Assembly (NCBI RefSeq): GCF_963921235.1
Contig: NC_086108.1
Coordinates: 78,494,001 to 78,558,000 of the forward strand
Direction of reading: 5' to 3'
Source of the DNA: Mobula hypostoma
Taxonomy: Eukaryota
Length of the DNA: 64,000 nucleotides
In this document: positions 22,145-33,646 of the stretch, in pieces
Layout of the letters: each line of letters opens with the position of its first letter
How positions within the stretch are numbered: position 1 is the first letter of the stretch
The notes under the pieces: model-generated
Database searches by the model: none
What the model saw: only the letters and a program-made list of their open reading frames with translations
What the model was told of the DNA's origin: nothing
Program-made: the position numbers and the translations under genes

Positions 22145-22820
22145 AAGCAGAGCTTTCTGCTCTGTTGATTCTGCTGTCTTTCTTAACTTTTCTTATTCTC
22201 ACTTTCCATTTATCTCCATCCTTATGTTTCCAGTTCGTCCCCTCCCCCCAACTACTTAGTTTAAACACACCCGTGTTGCAGAGGCAAACCTACCTGCCAG
22301 AATGCTGGTGCCCCGCTTATTAAGGTGCAACCCGTCCCTTTTGTACAATTCATCCTTACCTCGAAGCATACCCCAGTGGTCCAAGAATGTAAATCCTTGC
22401 TTCCTGCACCAGTTCCTCAGCCACACATTCAGATCCCCTATCTCCCTGTTCTTGCCCACTCCAGCACGAGGAACTGGAAGCAAACCGGAGATAACCACCC
22501 TGGAAGTCCTGCTTTTCAGCCTTCTTCCGAGTTCTCTGAAGTCACGCTGTAGAATGTCTTTCCTCTTCTTCCCCACGTCAATTGTGTCGACATGCACCAC
22601 CACTTCCGGATGTTCACCTTCACTCTTGAGGATTCCCTGCAATCGGTCCGTGACATCCTGGATCCCGGCACCAGGGAGGCAACACACCATCTTTAAATCT
22701 CACCTGTTGCCGCAGAAACCCCTTTCTGTACCTCTCACTATGGAGTCCCCGACTACCACAGCTCTGCCTGACGTCTGTCTCCTCGGCTTTGCTTCAGCGC
22801 CAATTGTTGACTCGCAGACC
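22145..22820 (-). mobile_element. CR1 ORF1 SGNH-esterase fragment plus start of ORF2 leader
   Basis: VVVGDSIVRG (GDS at 22742-22750), CLPGA, VVVHV.T.D and RDGLHLN lie in one frame ending at 22256. Confidence 0.85.
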
Positions 22821-22829
22821 TGACCTGTT

Positions 22830-23400
22830 CTGTTCTGATTTATGTGTGCCTGGATTCAATGTCATGAATTTGATCTCCATTGTTTGTCCCTCAGGTGTTG
22901 CTGTTAGCCTGTACAAATTATGAATTAGCCTTTTCCCTTTAATGTTTCTTTTCCTCTTCGTACTAACCTCTCTGTCAGCACTGGATGAAAAGTGATTCAT
23001 CTTTTTGTATTTGATACATTTGTCTGTACTTCTGTGGATATTTCTCTGTCAGCATAATTTTCACGTATTTCTTACTGTTGCTATTCTTTGGTTTGATTGT
23101 GCAGATAGAACAGTATTGTCTGCTTCTGAGCTCATCGGTTCCTGCATTGGTCAATTCTGAGATCCCACATGGATTTTTTTAGGCTTTGCCCGCCTAAGTG
23201 TGCTGCTCACAATGGGTAGCCTTTCAGTTCTGTATCTCAACTTTTGCATACAATTCATTCACAGATCAACCAGTACTTCAGACCTCTCAATCAAAGCCAG
23301 CAATTTCACTTCAGAAAACATACATGTAGACTTTCTCCCCATTCACTCAATATCTCCTGAAAACTCGAATTTATCAAGCATCTCATTGTACAGCAATTCT
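22830..23400 (-). pseudogene. Probable ancient Gypsy gag remnant
   Basis: KCIKYKKMNHFSS resembles the C..C.KxNHF..C knuckle. Position and orientation fit the pol remnants at lower coordinates. Confidence 0.4.
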
Positions 23401-24154
23401 CAAAGATTTTGAGAACCTCAGCTTGTTTGGAACAATACCCTACCTTGGTTCCAGTTGTAACAGCACCTTTTGTTTTGTTTTCCACTTTTAATTGTTAGCA
23501 CTTGCAGTGAAAAAGTTCTTTTCTATGATTTCCACTCCTTTGGCAGATTATCTAATTCAAAGTCCAGCTGTTCTGATGACCCTATCGGCTCTGTCCATCA
23601 ATAAGCTGGAGGATGGTTTAAACATGAAAGAAGAAAATCAAGAGTCCTGCGCTGGTAACTCAGGTGCATGTTTGCTATGTGATCTCTCAATGAATTATAT
23701 CACAAACCACCAGCACTCCTTTACAGCAGGTGTATCCATCTCCTTCCAGCCTCTCATAAAACCCTTTCTTTTATAGCAGCCTACAGTATGTACTATTTTC
23801 AAAGTCAATCATGGATTCCAAGTAAAACCAATCATTTTATAACATGCTTAGATTGATTTTTGATACTGTTGTCACCAATAGTTCATTCATTCTTTTCACA
23901 GAACATATCTTACCACATTGTATGGATACTCGATGAGCCATATTTTGAAGATACATCTGAGCTACCTAAAACTTATAACATGATCATCCCCATCTTGCAC
24001 GGAAGTGCTTATTGCTTGGAAATATGGCATTCTAATTGTGGTGCTTCTTCACTTACAGAAGGTTTAGATGAAGCACACTTTATTGATCAAACTGAGACAT
24101 TGAAAAAAAAGGTTTAAATCTGGATGAACTTGTCATCTGTAGAATCAGTTGGCA

Positions 24155-24560
24155 TTCAAAGTTCAGAGTTCAAAGTTCTTATTATCAAAGTATGTATGTC
24201 ACCAAATACCCCGGGACTAATTTTCTTGCAGGCAATCACAATAGAAGACAGAAAGACAATGGAATCAATGAAAAGTTATCACAAAGACTGACAAGCAACC
24301 AAAGTGAAAAAAAAAGAGAAACTGGCCATACAAAAAAAAAGCAGATGCACACATATATGCATGCTACTGAGAACATAAGTAGAGTCTTTGAAAGTGAGGC
24401 CTTAGTTTGTGTTCAGTGATCAATTCATTATTGTGGTGAGTGAAGGAGTTCCTATCAGTTCAGAAGCCTAATGGTTAAAGGGTAATAACTGTTCTGAAAC
24501 CTGTTAGTATGGGACCTAAAGCTCCTGTACCTCCTTTCCTATGGTAGCAGTGAGAAGCAT
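24155..24560 (-). mobile_element. Rex1/L2-group LINE 3' tail
   Basis: ttcaaag-repeat tail and 3' UTR, shared with the copy at 26320-26790. Confidence 0.5.
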
Positions 24561-25689
24561 TCATAAGAAAAGTCCTGATTATTAAATTTCAAGCGTAACA
24601 TTGACCAGCAAATGTTTCAAGTGAACCACCATGCTGAAACAAGATAAATTTCCCAGAAGCAGACAAGCTACTTTTCTCAGAAAATAAATGGAAAACATTT
24701 AATTTCATAGGTGGCACTACAATGTTAGGGTATATTCAGAAAGGCATGAGTTCCTAGCAAAAACTCAAGTTAATTATTCTGTTTCTCAGTATGACTTCAG
24801 GTGTAATAATTTGACTCAAATATTATGCAAATCACAGGCATCAACTTAATACAAAATGACAGAGTAAAGCTCTAGCAGTATGCTTATGCAGAGTAAAGTT
24901 CATGTTTACTCAATATTTCTTGGCTTAACATGTAACTCTATAAAGAATTGAAAAACACTGAATGATAGAAAGAAGCTCACAAATCACTTGAACAATTTGT
25001 TACAATCAGATAAATCAGAGATTATGTCTAAAATAATAAAGGAAGACCAGAATTGGATTCTGACTATTAAATAATCTATGATTAGTAAATCAAGTTAGAT
25101 TCCCACATTTGGCTTACAGATATTCAATAAAAACATGTAAGGAATTGAAATGGGAGAAGCTTCATGCCTCTGGTTATCTTCTTTCAGCTTTGATATGTGT
25201 GCCTGACACAGTACATCAAAGCCGTGCAACTTTTTATTATTCTGAAAGGCTGCCTTGGTTGGAATACTTGGGGGTTGAAATTCCCATTTAGATGGGAAGT
25301 GAATGTCGGAGGGAAGGTGGCTGGGTCCAGGTGAGGGAGCAGGTAGAGTGGTTGGTGGTGATAGAAGACTGGAGGCACAAAATAAGCAGGAGCAGGTCTG
25401 TTGATTTCACTGGAAAGAGAAATCAGATGGGATATGTTGCATGCAGCTGCACTACTACTGGGGGTATTCCTGCCAATCATGAATGTTCTCCATGTCATTT
25501 TCCCAGAACGCAGACCAATATGGATTATGTAGACATAACCCAGCAGGTTGTTGCAAACCATTCCAAAATGAGTGAGTTCCATTGGAGGCTAGGGGACTGG
25601 TAGTTGATGGAAATGTGGAGAGAATTGGCTACCGGAAAATAGTGGGGAATATCATTGCTCTGAGAGCCAGCATAGATTCAATAGGCCAA

Positions 25690-26084
25690 GCAACACACAC
25701 AAAAGTTGCTGGTGAACGCAGCAGGCCAGGCAGCATCTCTAGGAAGAGGTGCAGTCGACGTTTCAGGCCGAGACCCTTCCACACACACAAAAGTTGCTGG
25801 TGAACGCAGCAGGCCAGGCAGCATCTCTAGGAAGAGGTGCAGTCGACGTTTCAGGCCGAGACCCTTCCACACACACAAAAGTTGCTGGTGAACGCAGCAG
25901 GCCAGGCAGCATCTCTAGGAAGAGGTGCAGTCGACGTTTCAGGCCGAGACCAGGGTCTCGGCCTGAAACGTCGACTGCACCTCTTCCTAGAGATGCTGCC
26001 TGGCCTGCTGCGTTCACCAGCAACTTTTGTGTGTGTTGCTTGAATTTCCAGCATCTGCAGAATTCCTGTTGTTTGCGTTTTTAA
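25690..26084. mobile_element. Penelope pLTR-derived insertion: three tandem 88-bp inverted units plus one direct unit with tail
   Basis: 14-bp TSD attcaataggccaa (25676-25689 and 26085-26098). Hairpin centre at 25952-25953. Confidence 0.9.
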
Positions 26085-26319
26085 ATTCAATAGGCCAAAA
26101 TGGCCTCATTCTATGTCATAGGGAAATATATAAGCACTTCCATTTATGAAGTCAACTAGATCCTGCTTCTGTCTTAAAGCATAAATCAGGAATATTTCTG
26201 TATAAACTTAGTCATTTACCACATTAGAGCCATATTCTTTATTTGCTGTTGCTTTTCTTTCCCTGTCTCCACCAAACATTGTGCATTTCTGATGAAGGTG
26301 CAAGTTACGTTATGCTGGA

Positions 26320-26790
26320 ACGATTCAAAGATTCAAAGTATATTTATTAATAAAGCATGTATGCAGTATACAACCCTGAGATTTGTCTTCCTGCAGGCAA
26401 CCACGAAACAAAGAAACATCATGGAACCCGTTCAAAGAAAATAGTGCCCATTGTGCAAAAAGAAAATGGCGTCACACAAACGGCAAAAAACGAGCAATTA
26501 ACACACAGAGTATTACACATCAAACTGCAGAGTCCTTAAAACAGTCTAGGAATATTCACTTTATTCAATTCAGTTCAAATCAGCACTGTATCATTTGTTG
26601 AGTTCAGGCTGCAGAGCTAGTCTGCCCTAATCAAAGTCACACAAAATAACATTAGAAGAAGGAGGAACCAGCAGGAACACATATAACATGAACTACAGAG
26701 ACTCTAAAAATAGGTCCAATCCACAAACTGAGCTGATCAACTTTGCCCAAGTCCCAAGACTCTGGCACTGTCCTCCAGTAGCATTGAGCA
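26320..26790 (-). mobile_element. Rex1/L2-group LINE-related 3' fragment
   Basis: gattcaaa-repeat tail and a UTR homologous to 24155-24560 and to the 3' end of 31402-32197. Confidence 0.5.
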
Positions 26791-27074
26791 AGACATGAGC
26801 ATTTAATGGAACTGCTGGCATTTTATCCCAATTTAAATATTGCCCTGCTGTATTATCTTAAAATGATATTCTTCGATAATTTATATTTCAGACTGCTGGT
26901 TGTATTTCAGTGACTTTGTATTTGCCATGTGTACAATGACACATGTACTTCGATGTAGTCTTCTGTGCATGTTAACAAAGTTTGTGTTTTCTTATAAATT
27001 AGGATCTGAAAAGCAAATACATTTAACAAAAAATATGGAAACCAGGTTGTCAATAATAATGTGGGATAAACATT

Positions 27075-27205
27075 AAGTCTTGATGAAGTGACTCAGCCTA
27101 AAACGTCAACGGCTTATTGCCCTCCATAGATGCTGCCTGATTTGCTGTTCTTCAGCATTTTATGTGTATTGCTCAAGATTACCAGTACCTACAGAATCTT
27201 TTGTA
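27075..27205 (+). mobile_element. Degenerate Penelope pLTR
   Basis: gtcttgatgaag...aaacgtcaac...catagatgctgcctga...gcattttatgtg. Confidence 0.6.
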
Positions 27206-29495
27206 TTTAATCAATAATAATGATCTATGGAATTGTGATGAAATTAACTAATTATGGGCTAGAATATGCAGCCGTAGCCACTGCATCATTAATTAGGAAT
27301 GATCTGAGATTGCTTTGGAGCACTTTACTCAATTTGTTAGATTACAAAGATCCATCAGTTATTCTGTTTAATTAAAGCTGCTAGAAATTTGTGTGATTGA
27401 TTTATAGACAGTGCAAGCTAGCATGGAAGAAGATATTGATTCTGACATACATTATCCTAAGATTGTGGCTTAACAAATATTCTTTTCATATTTCCAAAAT
27501 TCTACATCCAACTCTGACAACAGGTGAGCAATATGAGTAATTACAACATTCAAATCGAGTCTAATAAATCCAGGGTTTCACTAAAGTCCAAATAACCAAT
27601 GCCCTGCAATAAATCATGGAAATTTTTTATATTCCTTTCTGTCAAATACAGTACACAATTTAGAAGTGTAACATTTTCACTTGAATGATTAAAGTGTTAG
27701 CAAACTCAACGCCCTTCAAAAAGGAATTTGCTGCTGCATTAGTACCCCCATCTTCTACCTTATCTCTACCACCAGTATACCATGCATCACCCATAAGATA
27801 TACTGCTGCAGATTACAAAGGCTGATTCAATGCTCTCTCTCAAAGCTATCATGTGAAGGACATCACTGGTGTAAATATTGGAATTACCCAGGCAATAGCA
27901 TTAAACTAGACAGACATCACAATTCAAGAAGGTACAAGAACATTCAAAAGACAGTTAGGAATGGGCTATGATGCCCACAAGTGCTACAGAAGAGTGTCCC
28001 AGATCAAACATCCATTCAAGGAAAGATCAGTTTATATATTTTGCTGGTGTCAGCTTCTAAGTGAAGTGACATTCATAAGATGGCATTGACCTCCTATAAG
28101 CAGCAGCATGGCATGTAAATTAAGTGGAACCTTTCACCTGTTATATGCTTTCAGAATAAATCACTGTCTTCACAAAATACAACTTCTATTTGGCCCAAAA
28201 GGTGACATAATTCCCTCAACATGATGCTCTCACTCGGTGTATGCTGCGCTTTGCAGAGGAAGAACAGAGAAAGAAAAGAAAATGCCTGTGAAAGGATGGG
28301 GATCAAGAGAAATTGAATATCTCAAATGGTTGTAGTGTTGGCAGACAGTAAGGTGATGAAGGTGTTTCAATCACAGATGATCTATCATCTGGAGGGGGTG
28401 TAAATAGATCACACATGAAACCCAAGGACCATTACTGTTGTACTATGTTATAACATTAATGTGTAGATAATTTCACTTGGTCTGCTTTGTGGACTATGAT
28501 TTGCAGAATCAATACAAGAAGTGTCTATGTCTGGAAACCCTTTACATCTCATACTGCCTCTGCTCCACAAAGAAATGAAGCTGCAGATGTTGAACATAGA
28601 CATCACCCTAATAACTACATGTGTCCTTCAGTTATGCTGCTCTTCAGACACTGTCTCATATCTCTGTCTGTATGGCTGTCTTCGCTGGTGCTGACAGGGT
28701 TTTGTAGCATAGGTCATAATGAGTCTCTGCACTGCTTTGCAAGTATTGCAGGACAACCCCCTCAATGATGCAGACAAATAAAACAGGAAATGCTTGAAAC
28801 ATTGAATGGTCAGGCAGCATTTGCTTTCTCTTTCCCAGTTTGGATGAAGGCCAGTGACCCTTTATTAGAAATGGGAAAGAGAAAACAAGTTAAATTTTAA
28901 CAGTTACACATTTAAAATCAAAAGCAACTTAAAACCAATTTGTTTTCTCTCTTTCCCATTCTGAATAGTCACCTCCGTCTGAGTGAGCATGTCAGGAGTC
29001 AAATACTGGAGAAAATACTCCCTGTTAGCTTGCACACTCTCTGGACTTTGGAAGGTGTTTGAGCAAGTTCTGAAGGTATCCTGCCAAGACCCTGATGGAA
29101 GCAGAGTGTCAATTTAAATAATAACACCAAAGTATTGCAATGCACTCCTATCCATACTGAAGTTGACCCACTATGGCATAGATTATATTGTTTAGGTTGG
29201 TAAGAAAATAAATGGGTGTTGTGTGGAATAATGTTAAGTTAGCTAATGTAAGGAATGCACAGAGGTGCCCAACTCAGTTTTGCATTAGGTGCCATCTGAA
29301 CTGGAAGCAAGCATGTTCTACAGCGGATTCACAGCACTAAAATGCAAAACAATTTAATTTCTTAATTTTAATTTCTATGTAATATAAAGAAGAATTGAAA
29401 GATCGGTTAAGTAAGCGCATTGAAAATTGATGAAGTCATGCACTTGTTTAAACAAATGAATACAGTACTCCTAATTACAATAGTAATAAATTCCA

Positions 29496-29817
29496 GCAAC
29501 ACACATCAAAGTTGCTGGTAAACGCAGCAGGCCAGGCAGCATCTGTAGGAAGAGGTGCAGTTGATGTTTCAGGCCGAGACCCTTCGTCAGGACTAACTGA
29601 AGGAAGAGTGAGTAAGGGATTTGAAAGTTGGAGGGGGAGGGGGAGATCCAAAATGATAGGAGAAGACAGGAGGGGTTAGTCCTGACGAAGGGTCTCGGCC
29701 TGAAACGTCGACTGCACCTCTTCCTACAGATGCTGCCTGGCCTGCTGCGTTCACCAGCAACTTTGATGTGTGTTGCTTGAATTTCCAGCATCTGCAGAAT
29801 TCCTGTTGTTTGAGTGA
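29496..29817. mobile_element. Penelope insertion with inverted plus direct pLTR
   Basis: 12-bp TSD taataaattcca (29484-29495 and 29818-29829). The minus arm 29496-29675 is complementary to the plus arm starting at 29676. Confidence 0.9.
29678..29713 (+). ncRNA. Minimal type I hammerhead ribozyme motif
   Basis: AGUC CUGACGA AGGGUCUCGGCCU GAAAC GUC GACU. Stem I is AGUC/GACU, the CUGANGA and GAAA core is conserved, and a palindromic ACGU replaces stem III. Predicted cleavage after C29709. Confidence 0.7.
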
Positions 29818-31224
29818 TAATAAATTCCAAATGCATTATAACAATGCACATTTTTATTGCTCAGTTAATGTATGAGAATTATAAGACAATATGTTATAAC
29901 TGAGTCACTTGTGGAACATTAATATAGGCAACTAAACGCTTAGTCAAAGAAGTGGTTTTGAAGAAGGAGAAGAGGAAGTGTGAGATTAGAAATTCTAGAG
30001 CTGTACCAGGGTAGATTTATCAAAATGTTGAAAGCATTAGTAAGAAAAAAAAGATTTCATGAAGTTGCAAAACAAGCAGTTAAGTTTAATTTGGTATTGA
30101 AAACAGGATGCAAAATTTTAGATCAAAGTTTGCTGATTGTCATCATTTGTTTCTCGTTTCATTTACTTACTCACCTAATGGCGTATTCTCTGGATTCGAA
30201 ACTGCGGTATTCCTTATCATACCTAAATTTCGCCCAATGTATTTTACAAGAATGAATATTTGCATTGATTTACTACATTTTACACACAGAAAATTATCAA
30301 GCATCTTTGATATTATTTACAGATTTTCCTGATTTATTTAATTCTTTATGAATCTCCAACTTTCTGTCAATGTTAGTGACTTTTCTGTGAGGCTGAGATT
30401 ATAAACATACAAATTTAGACATTAGTAAACTTATTGATAGGGATAACTTTCCTTCTCAACTGTGGCACATTTGTCACATCACAATAAATCATGGAAAGAG
30501 AAGCAGAATGTGCTTTTCTCTGTAAATCATCATTTAAACGTTAATGTAATGGGAATTAGAAAAATTCACCTATCATTGTCCAAAGAAGTTTCTATACTAC
30601 CAGTACAAAGTTTCTGGTGAAAGATCAAATTCCCAGATTAATCAGTTTGAGATGTAAAATAACAAAGTATAATCAATTTCACAAAATTAGGTATTACATC
30701 TGAAAGCAAAACGTTTGATGGAATTCCACAGAGAAATTACAGTTAAATTTTACATCATCCTGGACAATTCTCAAAAGGCATAAGACTTATTCTTTTTCCT
30801 ATTTCATATAATTTGAGGAAGAGATTACATTTAATCATAGACACGTTATACTATACACTTCCTGCTGGTCCAGGAGTTGTCACATAATGTAAAACAGCTG
30901 CATCTAAGAGAGATGTTAAACAGACAAATAGTTATCCCATGACACATCTGTCATTCCTCCTCCACTGCAGTTGATAATATATCTGTTTTTCACAGGTGCT
31001 GATAATAAAATGGAAGGGGACGATGAAACGAATATGAACCCAATGGCTTGACTGCCCTGCTGTGTCATAATATATGTAAGAAATCTCTTCCTGACCTTTT
31101 GCAATTGTAATGAAAGGTCATTCACCGAAACAACTTCTTTCCGTGCTGCTGTTACTAGAGCTATTGGATATCAATGAGTAAAACTGAGTTGTTCCAGAAA
31201 TCTTTTTTTATTATTGAGATACAG

Positions 31225-32272
31225 CTTGGAAAAGGCCCTTCCAGCCACGCCACCCAGCAATCCCCTGATTTAATCCTAACCTAATCATAGGATAGTTTAC
31301 AATGACTAACCGGTACGTCTTCGGACTGTGGGAGGAAACCGGAGCACCCAGAGGAAACCCACGCAGTCAAGGGGAGAACATACAAATTCTTTACAGACAG
31401 AAGGTGGCGGCGGAGCGGAGTGATGATGACGTTAAATGGCAACTCCTTTGCTTGCATCTTCGGAAACAGCTCTATTTCCATCTTTAGTATCTTTATTTTT
31501 CCCTTTCAGGGTTCTTTTGAAGACCCTGACCTGGAGTTACACATTGACTACGGTTCTTTGCAGGAATGAGACCCACTCTTGGGGTTTCAGGACTCGCCAT
31601 TGCTCAGCATGCCAAGGGCTCAGCCTAAGTATTTGGCTCAGCTTTGGAAGCCTAGGATCTCCGGCCTCTGGAGACGGCAGATAGAGGGTCAGTGTAATGA
31701 CAGGAGACCCGTGTAAGGTCGGGGGAGTCAGAATATCTGCGGCTGTGTGCCCAGAGGATCGTGATCTTTGGGCACAGAGCCCGAAAAAAGTGACGTGGCA
31801 GACTTTTAACATCGTAAACCAGCGAATTGTTTATGTCTCCCCACTCGCTAGGAAAATGGAGACAGCTTTTTCCCTTATTGGGGAGAGAGAGATGTCAAAT
31901 GCTGGGTGAAATGAGAAGTCTTTGGGGCAAGTCTATGTCTTTGCTGTTGCTTTGCTCATGCTTGAGTGCTTGGTAACGGGTGCTAAAGCGCTTTTATTTT
32001 GCTGGTGGGGGAGGGGGATTCTTGCTTGCTGCCACTTACACGTGGGAAGGGGGAGCTGGGGGGAACTTTTGAGGTTCTAACATTTGACTGTCATTCATTC
32101 TTTGGGGCACTCCTCTGTTTTTGTGGATGGTTGTGAAGAAAAAGCATTTCAGGATGTATATTGTATACATTTCTCTGACATTAAATTGTACCTTTGACAG
32201 CGATGGGAATTGAACCTGGGTCACCTGTATTGTAAAGTGTTGTGCTAGCCACTACGCTACTGTGCTGCCCCA
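31225..32272 (-). mobile_element. tRNA-derived V-SINE (HE1-like), split by an insertion
   Basis: Conserved domain tgtgggaggaaaccggagcacccagaggaaacccac at ~31327-31362. tRNA-like head at ~32198-32272. Confidence 0.7.
31402..32197 (+). mobile_element. Non-coding LINE-tailed element inserted in the SINE
   Basis: Interrupts the SINE with a possible gacag duplication. Ends attaaa..ctttga like the Rex1/L2-group tails elsewhere in the window. Confidence 0.55.
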
Positions 32273-32454
32273 TGGTAAATTCAGCTTTAATTTTCTAAAC
32301 AAACCACCCTTTACCAAGTCAACTTGCCACGAACCATTAAAAATATTAGCTTGTTTTGAATTATCTTTCAACATTCAATGGAACTGATATATCTGAAAAT
32401 ATACTTCATTTTATAATAGTTCTCAGCAATCATTGTCATGGAATAAGTAGGGTA

Positions 32455-32970
32455 AAGTGGCGATGCAGAAGCTGGGCATTCTGGACGAAATGACTTACTT
32501 ACTAAACCACAAAGCTTTATCAGCTCCAGCAATACTCAAGAAATGCAAGATCATCTCGGACAAAACAGCCCACTTGGCTGGTATCCATTCACTAACTTAA
32601 ATATCCATTCTCCCAACAATGGTGGTCTAAGTCTACACTGAAATCCAACTATAAAATGGATTGTGGTTACCGGTCAGGGTTACTTCTGCAACGATAAATC
32701 TTGTCCTCTATCTCACAGCAGGATGGGGGCCAGGCGCTTGGAGAAACAGCACCAAATCACATACTATGCGACAAAAAATTATATTGCTATTCATCATCGT
32801 CACTGGGTGGAAATCTTGCAACTCCCTACTCAAGTAACTGTGGGAGGACTTCACTGGAAGGATCGAAATGGTGCAAGAAGTTAGCTCACAGATAGCTTCT
32901 CAGGTGAAATTAGGAATGGGCAACGGCTGCTGGCCTTGCCACCCATGCCCAGATACTTCCAATAAATGTT
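32455..32970 (+). mobile_element. Old CR1-clade 3' fragment
   Basis: Degenerate tail ttaggaatgggcaa..gctggccttgcc..atgccca. Confidence 0.45.
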
Positions 32971-33081
32971 TGAAGAAGATATTTTGAAATTAATTGTTAA
33001 CAGTTATGTCATTGCATACAGTCATATCTTTACTTAAGATCTTTCAAATGGACTGGGGTTGCTTGTAATTGTACATTAATT

Positions 33082-33274
33082 GGGGTGTCTGGGGTGTCAG
33101 GGAGGGGTAGCACCTCTGGTGGGGGAACATGTCGCATCCTTTCAGGGCGGTTAGTCCACCTTTGGTCCCCACCTGGCACTCAGCTCTCACCTGTGGCTCC
33201 CCGTAGCTGTTTGCATGCGACAGCGGCCACACCCTGGGCAACGGCTTCGACAAGCCGGCTAAACCAGGTGAGGG
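33082..33274 (+). ncRNA. Predicted HDV-like ribozyme at 5' end of copy B
   Basis: P1 33082-88 (or 33091-97) pairs with 33229-35 (G1·U). P2 33184-94/33263-74. P3 33195-97/33226-28. L3 UCC pairs with GG 33236-37 (P1.1). P4 33242-57. Candidate catalytic C33259 in GCUAA. The motif CUGGGCAAC matches genomic HDV. Confidence 0.7.
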
Positions 33275-33646
33275 TAGCCGACGGGTCTCAAACCCTCGGT
33301 GTGATAGGGAGTTGTCTATCCCAGCATGTGAAGACAGACTCCAGTGGATTGAGCGGACGAGACCAATGGAAGGTCCAATGGTCAAGAAGGCAGTCTCTGC
33401 AAGCGTCGTGGAACGTGTAGAGCAGGACAAGACACAGAAGACGTCCTGGTCATCCACTGCGCCTAGTCCCATCTCCAGCCATCTGGACTCTGTCTTGCCA
33501 CTGGATCCAGACGGGAATTGGGAAGAGAGAGTGAGGCTGACGCTGCGCAACTCTCCCTCACTTAAATCCAAATCGCACGCTAATCTCGACCCCATCATAA
33601 TGGTGTCAATGTCCTCATCGACGTCAACGATGGACGAACAACAACA
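33082..33646 (+). mobile_element. Non-autonomous RTE-like retroelement, copy B
   Basis: (ACA)n tail and TSD acattaa (33073-33079 and 33647-33653). Homologous to 3443-3998. Confidence 0.85.

Noticed and set aside
30995..31075. Exon-like segment (tttttcacag...gtaag) on the plus strand
   Set aside because: Stops in all three frames and no recognisable protein. A non-coding exon cannot be excluded.
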